Positions 41,295-53,357 of a DNA stretch of 64,000 nucleotides are shown piece after piece. Origin of the DNA: Octopus sinensis. Lineage: Eukaryota. Location: positions 29,078,001-29,142,000 of the forward strand of contig NC_042998.1 of assembly GCF_006345805.1 (NCBI RefSeq), given 5' to 3'. Within the stretch, counting starts at the first letter, position 1; each line of letters begins with the position of its first letter. The notes under the pieces are model-generated. The model was not told where the DNA came from, ran no database searches, and worked only from the letters and a program-made list of their open reading frames with translations. Position numbers and translations under genes: made by a program.

Positions 41295-41404
41295 TTTTGC
41301 AATATTTGTTAAATAAACAATGTATTTAACAAAATATAAAGTTAATATTGAAGATAAATTTGTTTAAATTTGCATATTTTATCGAATAATGATTTTTTAT
41401 AATT

Positions 41405-41590
41405 TTAGCTCGAAGCCACCAACTTTGAGGAGACGGGACAAGTTGATTATATCGACGCAATACATGACTGATACTTATTTTATCGATCCTGAAAGGATGA
41501 AAGGTAAAATCGACTTCGGCAAAATTTGAACCCAAGACGTAAAGGGCAAAAGAAATGTGTTCGATACGCTAGCGATTCTGCCAGCTCACA
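41405..41590 (-). mobile_element. SINE family A1, diverged
   Basis: Core tttatcgatcctgaaaggatgaaaggtaaaatcgac and head remnant. Confidence 0.75.
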
Positions 41591-41979
41591 GTCTTGACGA
41601 TGGCAAGAATGTTTCAAATAAGATATTTTGCACACTCCATAAGGTAGGAATAGTAAAGCTTACTACATTGATATTTCAATTTACAACTTAAAAACAATTT
41701 AAGTAAAAAGTGCAAGGTATTATATTTGAGCCTTTACTACTTTTTGGCGCATCATTTTCGTCTCTGAGCAGACCTTTGAGAAAGAAGTAAGTCGATGAGA
41801 AGGTCGCGGAGAGCGACGAAAGAACTTTGCTGATTAATTGATTGAAATAACTGATTGATTGGTTAAGCAGCAAATTAAACAAAGGATCAATTAATTAGTT
41901 GGTTAAATATTTAACCAATTGACTAACGATAAAGAAGTGATACTGTGTCTATTATTATTATTATTATTGGTGTAATGAA

Positions 41980-42300
41980 GGCGGCGAGCTGGCAGAAACG
42001 TTAGCACGCCGGGCGAAATCCGTAGCCATATTTCGTCTGCCGTTATGTTCTGAGTTCAAATTCCGCCGAGGTCGACTTTGCCTTTTATACTTCTGGGGTC
42101 GATAAACTAAGTAACAGTTACGCACTGGTGTCGATGTAATCGACTTAATCCGTTTGCCTGTCCTTGTTTGTCCCCTCTGTGATTAGCCCTTGTGGGTAGT
42201 AAAGAAATAGAAATAAGTACCAGTTACGCCGCACTGGGGTCGATATAATCGACTAGCCTTCTCTTCCAAAATTTGAGGCCTTGTACCTATAGTAGAAAGG
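41980..42300 (+). mobile_element. Composite SINE A: head + core + A2 tail + partial core + A1 tail
   Basis: One TSD attattattggYgtaatga (41960-41978 / 42301-42319) flanks the whole composite. Confidence 0.85.
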
Positions 42301-42473
42301 ATTATTATTGGCGTAATGACCCTCCCAAGAACTATATATATTGATTTCGAAAATATACATCAATCACACATTTGGAGGTGAGGTATAGTTGAATATACTG
42401 AGATCTGTACTTGACTACTGCCGCAGTTCATCAAGCTCGAAAAGATGGGAGGCGAAGTTGATCTTAGCGGGAT

Positions 42474-42955
42474 GCGAAATTTTTTCCCCACGAGAGTTCC
42501 GGACCCCAGTAATGAACTCATTTGCATACAGCCAATTAGAGCTCACCTTGACCATGTCAAGTTAACAAACACACTCTACCAAGTAAACTTAAGACGAAGA
42601 ACGGTGTCGTAAGTCGACAGATTGCCAAGTTATGCCTGATTTTATGAGACAAGTAATTAGATAGATTTGAATAGGGCCACATATGGTAAAAATGTGGATG
42701 GGGAAAATATGGATAACCCTCTCCCGTTATTGTTTTACAACGTAAACAATACAAATAACTACGCAGAGGCAGCCATGGTTGAAACAAGAACAAGCGAAGA
42801 GAAAAGAAGCATGGTCATTCCTTACCCAAGTGACCTTACCTTATCGCCCATCACTTATGCGCTCATAAATTAGTTTGATAGTTGAGCTCTGATTGGTTGT
42901 TTGCAAATGAGTTCATAACTGGGGTCCGGAACTCTCGTGGGGAAACAAATTTCGC
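42474..42955. mobile_element. MITE with 72-73-bp TIRs and 8-9-bp TSD (MULE- or hAT-type) inserted in an old SINE A
   Basis: TIRs 42474-42545 / 42883-42955; TSD (t/g)agcgggat at 42465-42473 and 42956-42964. Confidence 0.8.
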
Positions 42956-44076
42956 GAGCGGGATTTGAACTAGGAGCGTGAAGTCCGTAACTAAATACTG
43001 CAAAATATTTTAACCTCTGCTCTCATGATCTCGCTAAGCATGAAAGAGAAGAATACATTTGAAAACAGGCGGAAAGTAATTTATTCTTGAAGAGATTTGA
43101 AAATATTTATGAGTTTGACGTTTTAATGTGGTTGAATAGTTACACAGCGAGTCACAAGGAAATATTTTAAACTATTTTCTTTTCAGCAATCATCATTACA
43201 TTTCAAAGTAAGAATAAGAATAGATTTCTCTCAGTCATGTACTAAAAGCAGTGACAAGACTTATGTTTCATTGAAACATTAATATGTTGGCGAACGAAAC
43301 TATGTGCTAGCAAAATATCGGTTCTACTACAGAAAGTAGACTTGTAGCAAATATAAAGGATGCGATTCATCTTTAACCATACATTACTCTCCTAACAGTT
43401 GATATAACGAGTTTAGCAACATGCCAAGCATCTACCTATGCGGTCGTTCGATCGGGTAGAACAGCCGCCATGTTCTACTGTTTTAAAAAGGAAAGAAACA
43501 ACGTATGATGTAGTCCTGAACAGAAAAAAAAGAAAAGGAGAAGAAAGATATTTTTGATTAGAGTATCATAGTTTACAGTCGTCTTCAATCAGGTCTTACA
43601 GGAGGCTAAACAACTGCAACATATACTGACAATTTATAAACTACGTCTGAAACTATGTTTATACATTTGAACAGCTCAATAACAATTATCTCACAAAATA
43701 AACAATGCCACGCAAATCAACGTTGAATAAAATGTATTCGAGTAAAGTCACGTTTTTCACGCTCGTGTGTGTGTGTGTATTCGGACGTGAGAAGACCTTC
43801 CGAAGCGGAAGGTCTTATTCCCGTGAATGTAAGATCGTAAATGAAATGATGAAAGGAGGTGGGGAGTCAAGTAAGAGGAAATACTGAATTGTTACAGGTT
43901 GAAGGGTTACCAGGTTCATTGACACTTCGCCCTTTGCATCACGAGTCATAAAACTCCATTCTATCTTTCCCTCTCTCACACACATACATGCACACAGCGA
44001 GACACACATGCACACTGCTTTGTTAATATGCAACATATTACTATCATTCTGATTGTATTATTACTGTTAGGTTGAC

Positions 44077-44518
44077 GGCGGCGAGCTGGCAGAATCGTAG
44101 GCACCGGGCGAAATGCTTAGCAGTATTTCGTCTGTCTTTACGTTCTGAGTTCAAATTCCGCCGAGGTCGACTTTGCCTTTCATCATTTCGGGGTCGATGA
44201 ATTAAGTACCAGCTGCGTACTGTGGTCGATCTAATCAACTGGTACCCTCCTCCAAAATTTCGGGCCTAGTGCCTAGAGTAGAAAATATTATTATTGTTAG
44301 GTTGACGGCAGAGAGCTGGCATAATTGTTAGCACGCCGGACAAAGTGCTGAGCAGTATTTCGTCCGTCTCTATGTTCTGAGTTCAAATTCTGCCAAGGTT
44401 GTCTTTGCCTTCCATCCTTTCGGAGTCAATAAAATTAGTACCAGTTGATCGCTGGGATCGATTAAATCCACTTAGTCCCTCTCCTCAAATTAGTGGCCTT
44501 GCGCCAAAATCAGAAACC
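44077..44518 (+). mobile_element. Two tandem A1 SINEs (44077-44285, 44307-44518)
   Basis: Target sequence attattRYtgttaggt occurs before, between and after the two copies. Confidence 0.88.
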
Positions 44519-45894
44519 ATTATTGTTAGGTCGGTTGTCATGTAGGTTGTATAAGTTTTGGTGATGGCGATGACGACGATGGTGGGGGGCATTGTTGGTG
44601 GTGGCGTGGTCATATTAAATGTGTCGTTGCTGTTTAGCCAATACCCATTGACCTCAGATCAAAGACATTTCATCCCATATTTAAAATACACCCGAGATTT
44701 ACATTATCTCAAGTCATTGCTTTTCCTTTTAATTTTAGATGGAGTTGCTAATTTTTTTTCATCACTTTATTTCCGTTGCCGTTGGTCATTAAGGCGTTGT
44801 TGGGTTGCTAACGATAGTGATCGTACTGGTTATGGTGCTAATGCTAGCTGCCTTAGTATTGAAGATGAATCATTGTAGTGGTGGAAGCTGCTTTTATACA
44901 TATATATACCTACATACACAACACACTCACACACACGTCCCCCCACACTTACATACTCAGATGTATATATTTGTGTGCGTCATGATTGTAATTTTTCAAA
45001 ATTGCCATCTAATGTTACTTCGATTTTAGCTAAACTGACGAGAAGCGGGTTTTTTTGGTTCAGAAGAAAGTTGATTTTTTAAAATTCATAAATTTCAAAT
45101 TCTTAAAATTTTCTGTAAGAGAGAAATTACAGCTCGTATCCAGAAATTAATGGTCATACTTTGAAATTTTTGTAAGCACAAAATCTTTCAACTGGAGGTA
45201 ACCATAGTCCGGAGAATTCCTGCATTTCCGCCAAAAATTCGAATCCATATCTAAGGAAAGGATATTTGAAATAAAAAATGTGTGCCACCTTAAACTTAAC
45301 TAACCCTAAACCCTAACCCAATTCATGTCATTTCACAGCGTAGATTACGGATACTGCGGTAGAGTAGCACCTAAAAATCTGCATACGCCGATATTCTAGA
45401 TCGATTAGCATTAGGTCATTCACTGACACGCTACTGTCTTTGAGCTAAAGACATGCTGTCTCCTTTCCCTGCGATTTGTATCGGCTCTGTAATGGGTTCT
45501 GTTCTTCAGAGCGGGTGAGGCACATGTCACCTATCAGCAGGCACTCTGAACTAACACATTCCTCTTCCTACCTTCAACCATGTTCAACCCCTACCCTAAA
45601 CACCGCACTTTTTCATACGCCTAGTTTTTGCCTCCCAGAACGTTCGTCATCTGGGAGTTTCTTCTCTGTCCGTGTCTTTCCTGAAATCTTCGACATGTAA
45701 CAGATGGAGGGGAATGGTAACGATATCAATCTCGCCGATCTAGGAACACCGCAAAGGCCAAGGGCAATGATTTTTTTTTCTCCAGACCTAGCTAATAAAG
45801 GGGGAAAAAATGTTTATTTTCTTGCGTGGTTTACGATAAATATGTACGGCCATAACAGTAAGTTAAAAACTGCCGTATCGTTGTGGAACCTAAT

Positions 45895-46056
45895 AGGCGC
45901 AAGAGTGGCTGTGTGGTATGTTGCTTGCTTACCAACCACATAGATCCGGGTTCGGTCCCACTGCATTACACCTTGGGCAAGTGTCTTCTACTATAGTCTC
46001 GGGCTGACCAAAGCCTTGTGAGTGGATTCGGTAGACGGAAACTGAAAGAAGCCCGT

Positions 46057-46134
<78 letters not shown>

Positions 46135-46303
46135 CCAACATCGCTTGACAAGCGAGGCTGGTGTGTTTACGTCCCCGTAACTTAGCGGTTCGTCATAAGA
46201 AACCGATACAATAAGTATTAGGTTTCTAAAGAATAAGTCCTGGGGTCGACTTGCTCGACTAAAGGCGGTGCTCCAGCATGGGCACAGTCAAATGACTGAA
46301 ACA
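45895..46303 (+). mobile_element. SINE family B
   Basis: Full copy with internal TA/TG run. Confidence 0.9.
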
Positions 46304-46612
46304 TACGTCCCTAAAGTTACCTATACTGTACACTATGTACCTGTTATTGTCAACAAATTGGTTTATCACCTTAAGAAACCCGACCACGTGAAAATAAACA
46401 AAATGCATCCAACGCTAAAAAACTATTAGAATAATAATATCATAGATTGATTAGGCAGTGTGCATGTACCGTGCTGACTGGGTGCATTGATAAAATATTA
46501 TAATCAACATTATTCCAACATTATTCGTGAGACAAATCGTGTTAGTCATTATATCTCTCAGTACGCTTCAAACTTTCATTCTGTAAGTTCATCGTGGTGA
46601 TGTTATAATACT

Positions 46613-46843
46613 TATTTCTTTACTACCCACAAGGGGCTAAACACAGAGAGGACAAACAAGGACAGACAAACGGATTAAGTCGATTATATCGACCCCAGTG
46701 CGTAACTGGTACTTATTTAATCGACCCCGAAAGGATGAAAGGCAAAGTTGACCTCGGCGGAATTTGAACTCAGAACGTAGCGGCAGACGAAATACCGCTA
46801 AGCATCTCGCCCGGCGTGCTAACGATTCTGCCAGCTCGCCGCC
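46613..46843 (-). mobile_element. SINE A2, full length, near consensus
   Basis: Perfect 16-bp TSD gtgatgttataatact (46597-46612 / 46844-46859). Confidence 0.95.
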
Positions 46844-47227
46844 GTGATGTTATAATACTACTACTTAGTAAGCTGTTGTGAAGATTAGTATGGGTTTTAT
46901 AACGTTGGCAGTATTGGAAATTTTACAGATTGAATATTAACTGCAATAACAGCTGAGAAATCGATGATGCTGGTCAGCTGAGGCTTTACTACAGGGGAAT
47001 CACTTGATCAAGCGGCAGGTTTACGGGAGAGAGAGAGAGAAACTGTTGATGTCAACACTCCGATAACATTATCGCGATTAACAGATGTGTTCGGAAAAGG
47101 ATATTTACGAGGTATTTCTTCTACTGAACACTGAATGATTGTTTTCATGTTCGAGTTCAATCTAGGATCCAGGTTGTATTTCCGCCATTATAGTAAAGTA
47201 ACGGGAATCTGTGAGAAATGTTATATT

Positions 47228-47638
47228 TCTCTTTTATTTCTCTTTTACTTGTTTCAGTCATTTGACTGCGGCCATGCTGGAGCACCGCCTTTACTCAAGC
47301 AACTCGACTCCGGGACTTATTCTTTTGTAAGCCCAGTACTTATTCTATCGGTCTCTTTTGCCGATTCGCTAGGTAACGGGGACATAAACACACCAGCATC
47401 AGTTGTCATGCAATGCTAGGGGGACAAACACAGACACACAAACACACACACGCATATATATATATATACATATATACGACGGGCTTCTTTCAGTTTCCGT
47501 CTACCAAATCCACTCAAGGCTTTGGTCGGCCCGAGGCTACAGTAGCAGACACTTGCCCAAGGTGCCACGCAGTGGGACTGAACCCGGAACCATGTGGTTG
47601 GTAAACAAGCTACTTACCACACAGCCACTCTTGCGCCT
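47228..47638 (-). mobile_element. SINE family B
   Basis: Colinear with the other B copies. Confidence 0.9.
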
Positions 47639-47654
47639 ATTGTTAGTTATTGTT

Positions 47655-48245
47655 TTATTGCCCACAAGGGGCTAAACATAGAGGGGACAAACAAGGACAG
47701 ACAAACAGATTAAGTCGATTACATCGACCCCAGTGCGTAACTGGTACTTATTTTATCGACCCCGAAAGGATGAAAGGCAAAGTTGACCTCGGAGGAATTT
47801 GAACTCACAACGTAGCGGCAGACGAAATACCTATTTCTTTACTGCAAACAAGGGGATACACACAGAGGGGACAAACAAGGACAAACAAAGGGATTAAGCC
47901 GATTATATCGACTCCAGTGCGTAACTGGTACTTATTTAATCGACCCCGAAAGGATGAAAGGCAAAGTCGACCTCGGCGGAATTTGAACTCAGAACGTGAC
48001 GGCAGACGAAATACCTATTTCTTTACTGCAAACAAGGGGATACACACAGAGGGGACAAACAAGGACAAACAAAGGGATTAAGCCGATTATATCGACTCCA
48101 GTGCGTAACTGGTACTTATTTAATCGACCCCGAAAGGATGAAAGGCAAAGTCGACCTCGGCGGAATTTGAACTCAGAACGTGACGGCAGACAAAATACCA
48201 CTAAGCATTTCGCCCGGCGTGCTAACGTTTCTGCCAGCTCGCCAC
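47655..48245 (-). mobile_element. Array of three A2 bodies with a single head
   Basis: Junctions gacgaaatacc|tatttcttta after 47831 and 48015; 184-bp units. Confidence 0.92.
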
Positions 48246-48307
48246 CTTAATGTTATATTGTTAGTGTTAAGACTGATTTGTTTAACCGCGTAAAAGAAGG
48301 TTACTTT

Positions 48308-48690
48308 AGGCTCAAGGCTTGTCTGCGTAGTAAGAAGATTGGTTCTCAAAGACATGGTTCCCGGTTGTGTGGCATCTTTTACTATAAGTCCCGGGCCGAC
48401 CAAAGCATTGCGAGTACATTTGGTAGAGGGAAACTGAAAGAAACCGGTCGTATAAATAAATAAATGCGCGCGCACGTGCGTGCGTGTGTGTTTGGCCACA
48501 CACCACCTGACAACCTGTGCGGGTGTGTTTACGTCGCTGTAACTTAGCGGTTCAGCAAAAGATTCCGATAAAGTGCCAGGTTTTAAAAAATAAGTACTGG
48601 GGTCGATTTATTCGGTTAAAAATTTTTCAAAGCGGTGCCCCAGCATGGCCGCGGCCTAATAACTGAAGCACGTAAAAGATACAAGACAAA
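48308..48690 (+). mobile_element. SINE family B variant
   Basis: B head and 'gcggtgccccagcatggccgc' tail. Confidence 0.8.
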
Positions 48691-48719
48691 AGGTAAATGA
48701 TTCTGTTTATTCAGCCAGA

Positions 48720-49290
48720 GATGGCATGCACGTACCAGATGCAGTAACGTCGTTCAAACAAACCTTTAGCAAACACTTATGAAGCTACCCAATTTGTGAA
48801 CAAAACTATTTACGCAGCGCTTGATTGTTAGCACACATCTTTCTGCTGCACCATTAGGTTTGAGATCATAGGTAGAATTTTCAGTTTACATGCAACCAAG
48901 TCCATTTACCTAACTTCTTGCTCTATATTGAATAAATTCTGGTCCACTGACTGATACCACTAACATTAGAACATCAAAGTAAAACATGATAGAATATAAT
49001 CATTTCCTTACAATCTCCTGAGCTCTTCGTAGAACATAAAACACACCCAACCCAAATAGTAGCTGGTTCAGCTACGATCAATACGTTCCACCCTTTTGAA
49101 TACATCACCGGTTCATACATAATCTTTCTTCGGGGTTGTGATTCGGGCCACAAATCAAACAAGAGGCTATGTTTAAATTTGACTTTGGTCTCTGTGTCAA
49201 CAGACCTGACAAATTCTTCACTATCTCTGCTAAGATCAGGCCACCAAACTGAAGCCATAGCTTTCTTCATGGCTTGGTGTATATGTATGT
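48720..49290 (-). pseudogene. Degenerate LTR-retrotransposon (Gypsy-type) integrase fragment
   Basis: KAMASVWWPDLSRDSEEFVRS (H2C2 zinc-finger region), KGWNVLIVAE, SVSGPEFI, KPNGAAERCVLTIK (rve motifs), with stops and frameshifts. Confidence 0.75.
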
Positions 49291-49362
49291 GCGTTTAATG
49301 AATTGTAGAAAGGAGTTTTGCACACTGTAAGTTTAAGGTTTATACAACCTTTTAATAACGGT

Positions 49363-49707
49363 TTCTAACTTTGGCACCAGGCCAATAATTTCGGAGGAGA
49401 GGGTAAGTTGACTACATAGACCTCAGTGCTCAACTGGTACTTATTTTATCGACCCTGGAAAGATGAAAGACAAAGTCGACATCAGAAGACTTTGATCTCA
49501 GAACGTAAAGGCGGACGAAATACCTATTTCTTTACTACCCACCGGGGCTAAACACAGAATAGACAAACACAGACAGACAAATGGATTAAGTCGATTACAT
49601 CGTCCCCAGTGCGTAACTGGTACTTAATCTATCGACCCCGAATGGATGAAAAGCAAAGTCGACCTCGGTGGAATTTGAACTCAGAACGTAGCGGCAGACG
49701 AAATACC
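49363..49707 (-). mobile_element. A1 body (49363-49524) plus inserted A2 body (49525-49707); shared head displaced to 55068-55118
   Basis: Junctions gacgaaatacc|tatttc (49524) and gacgaaatacc|aatttc (49707). Confidence 0.88.
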
Positions 49708-49955
49708 AATTTCTTTATTGCCCACCGGGGGCCAAACATAGATATGGACAGTACAACTGATGGGATCAGTGAATCGATATGATTTTACATAAATGTGACA
49801 TCAAAAATAAAATACAATACATAAAAATCGAATGGAATACACAGTACAAAAACAATACAAATGAAGCGATGATCAAGTTACGCTCCGATCCCACAAGCCC
49901 CGATCTACCGCTGATACCTTTTTATTTTTCCTTTTTTTTTTTTTTCCTCGTCTAT

Positions 49956-52900
49956 TCACACGGTTCCTTGCACGCACAACACTCGTGCAACATACTTCCA
50001 TCTCTTTTGGAACGTACACTCTGACAGACACCTCTTCTCCAGCCACAGTTTCCTTTTCAAATGAAAAGAAAAAAAGGATCGTAAATTGTCACCAGAGATA
50101 AAGTTGCCTGTCTTAATTCCTTTTATCCTAGTATTCCATACAGCCTCTTTTGCTATTGCTACAACCGTGAGAAAACAATTCTTACCTTCGTTCGTTAGAA
50201 CTCCCGGTGGTCAATTTTTATAATTGACTCAGTCGACAGCCGTACTCTTCCATCGCCGGACAACAGATGTTCAGCATAAGCCCACACATTTCAGTTATCT
50301 CCGGACACTGAACAATAGCGTGAGGGACGGTTTCCCTGTCCCCACCGCATCTTGGACAGGTCGGCGACTGACGTTTACCATGTCTTGCGAGCTTATCCCA
50401 AACGGGCAAGGCACCTCTGTAGCATTGCCAGGTTAAGGACTTTTGGAAGTTGTCCAACGTTCTCAACCCGAATGTACGATGAAACAAGCTGTCCAGTTGA
50501 ATAAATCCGAGACCTAGAGTCGACCCCAGGCCATCGTCGCATTCAGACTCTACCAACCCACTATATAAAATCCGTGTGGAACCCCCACCGCTGGCGTTGC
50601 CCGAGCGCCGGAACAGCAAGAGGGCCTTACGGCACTCTTTATGCAACTCACTCGACCTCGGTCTACGAGAACACCAGGCTTCCTGTTCGCAAAAACTCTT
50701 GAACTCAGGGAACATTTGTCTGGCCAGCGGAGACCACACCCGTTCACTATCCAGGAGATCCAGAGGAGCTCAACCTCAACGCATGTCTGCGCATCATTAA
50801 CCAAGGCATCCCTAAACCTCCATTTAAAGGCTTTTGACAGCAGACAGAGCGTTTCACAAGTGGCGACCTGCCCTTCCACAAAAAGCGAAAGAGCTGTCTC
50901 TCCAACCTGATCAACCACGAATCCGGACAGGGCACGACAGTCAGGCGGTAGGTAATGACCGATGCGATAAACACATTGGCCACTTCCGCCCTCCCTTTCA
51001 GGGATAGCCACCGCCAAGACCAAGTCTTGACTACTGCAGCCACCCTGCTCAATACCTCCGTCCAGTTCTTCTCTATCTGGAGGCCTGGTCCAAACCAGAC
51101 TCCCAGCAACTTAACCGGTCCCTCCGTCCAGCGCCTAACAACACTGTCTGAAGGCATCGACTTGCCAACCCAGGTGCCGAGCTGCAAGCCGACCGACTTT
51201 CCCGGTTAATCTTTGCTCCTGCTACCTCCTCGTAAGCCTCAATAGTCTTACCTACTTCACGTAGGCGTACCACTGTGGTTACACTGATAGTGATATCATC
51301 CGCGAAAGCCGTAACAAACTCCTCTAGTCCTGGTTCTCTCGGGATGCCACTCAACCTTTGCAGTAATGGCTCGAGAGCCATCACATACAAAAGTGGTGAA
51401 AGCGGACATCCTTGACGAACCGAGCGTCTTGATGCAGAACGGCTTCGAAAGGAACCGTTCACCCGAACTATCGAGTCAATGTTGTGGTACAAAGCGATAA
51501 ACCACCTGAGGAAGCCAAGGCCCAGGCCAAACCGCGCAAGTACAGTCGCTAGGTATCGATGGTCACCCTATCAAAAGCTTTAGACTGGTCCAAATGCACC
51601 AATGCCCCACCTTTGCCAGATTTATTACCAAACCTCTCTATGGTATAGCGAATAAGATGGAGGGTATCCTGAATGGTTCTGCCTGGGATGGCACATGTCT
51701 GTGCCTCCCCGACTATACCATTCGCGACAACCTTTTTGCTAGAACCTTGGCCAAAATCTTCACTTCTGCTTGTTTTTAACAGAGTGATGGGCCTGAAATT
51801 CTCTAGAACGTCCCCCTTGTCCGGGTCCTTTCTGACCAACGTCACTACTCCCCGGCGCACAGATCTGGGGATAACCCATTCTGTTTCCAGTTCGCGTACA
51901 CGTCAGTCAGTAGTTGCCCGAACAAGTCTGGCATACATTTATACAGCTCGTACGGAAGACCATCAAGTCCCGGTGACTTACCCGCTTTACAATCGGCCAA
52001 AGCCTCCATCACCTCCTCAAGTGTGATTGGCCCTTCGCAAGACTCCGCATCCGACCCCGAGAGGCACGGCAGCCCGGTAAGAAAGTCCTCGAGGGCTCTC
52101 CCACCACCAGGACCGCCGTCACCCCCGAACAGCTGGGCGAAGTACTCCCGAAAGACCTCACACATTTTCTCGGGTTCGTTTATCAAGACACCATTTTGAT
52201 TCGTCAAAGACCGAATAGAGGAACTATTTCCTTGCCGAGCTTCCACCACTCGGGCCCATCCAGCGGCTTTGATTCCTTCACTTCCCATTGCACGTAACTT
52301 AGCTCTGGTAATACTTCCCATGTGGTGGGCTTCAAGATGCTGGTTTAACTCCAGTCTTTTCACCCTCGCTTGGTCTGTATTACCAGTCCTCCAGGCTTCT
52401 TCTAGTTCCTTAACTAGACCATCTCCTATTTTACGTCCCTTCTTAGCTAAACTTATGCTAAACCTACTAGACTCATATTTGATGGCTCTTTTAGGGCGTA
52501 CCACCATTTGTTATTAATGATGGTACCTGTTAATGCCCTCTGTATTAACATCTTGATCCGCTTTCTGTACTCCTCAATCGCCAAAAGGGACGTATTGAGT
52601 TTCCAGTAGCCAGATCCCTGTCTATGCAACTTATCTACCGTCAGTTTACAGGTAACCATCTTGTGGTCACTGTAGCTGACTAAAAAACTGTGGACACTCA
52701 ACTATGGACTTATCTTTTTCTCTAATTAAAATCCTATCTAGATATGTTCTGGTAGACCCGTCACTATTTGACCACGTCCACTGTGGAGTGTTCGGGTGCT
52801 CCAACCTATATGGATCTGCTAGCTGAAATTGACTTAGCAGATCCCGAAAGCCTGTGTTACATTTTCTGTTCATGTTCGAGTTTGAGCCAACACAATCTGT

Positions 52901-53346
52901 GTGTGCTGCACATATTGTATTAGAGTCTCCTAACACTACTAGTGAATGCGACGTGGCTAGGAACTTTCCTAGGCCACGAAAATATTCAGTTTGCGGGCCA
53001 ATAATGTTTGGTGCATAAATAGCGACCAGCCTGATTGTCTTGCCACAACTGAATGTCAAGTCGAGAACGACCAGCCTGCCTTCTGGGTCAAAAAAACCAA
53101 CTTTTTCTCGGCTACCCGGTTTCTTTTTAGTAGGACCAACACCCCACCCCCCTCCTCCCGCCCGACTCGGAGAAACGTATTTCTCGTAGCCGTTCAGGAG
53201 GGGGAGCAGATCTCTTGGTCCCTTCACCCGGGTTTCCGTTGCAACAATTAATCCAAATTTCTCGACCTGATGTCATTCAGAAAGCGTCCTTGCTTCCAGC
53301 TTGACAACAGGCCATGAACATTTAAACAACCAATGTGAATAGCCAT
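49956..53346 (-). pseudogene. ORF2: APE endonuclease + reverse transcriptase + C-terminal CCHC finger, disrupted
   Basis: MAIHIGCLNVHG, ATETR, AIYAPN, LGDSN, YLDRI, YSDH; GKSPGLDG, FRPITLL, LDQSKAFDRV, VRQGCPLSPLLY, FADDI, KLLGVWF; CPRCGGDRETVPHAIVQC; TGA at 49956-49958. Confidence 0.92.
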
Positions 53347-53357
53347 CACTTACCTGT

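Noticed and set aside
45280-45610. CCCTAA-like motifs suggesting telomeric or Helentron-type sequence
   Set aside because: Only 2-3 imperfect units and no definable termini.
47655-48245. CRISPR-like or satellite interpretation of the regular repeats
   Set aside because: Units are SINE bodies without unique spacers, in eukaryotic DNA.
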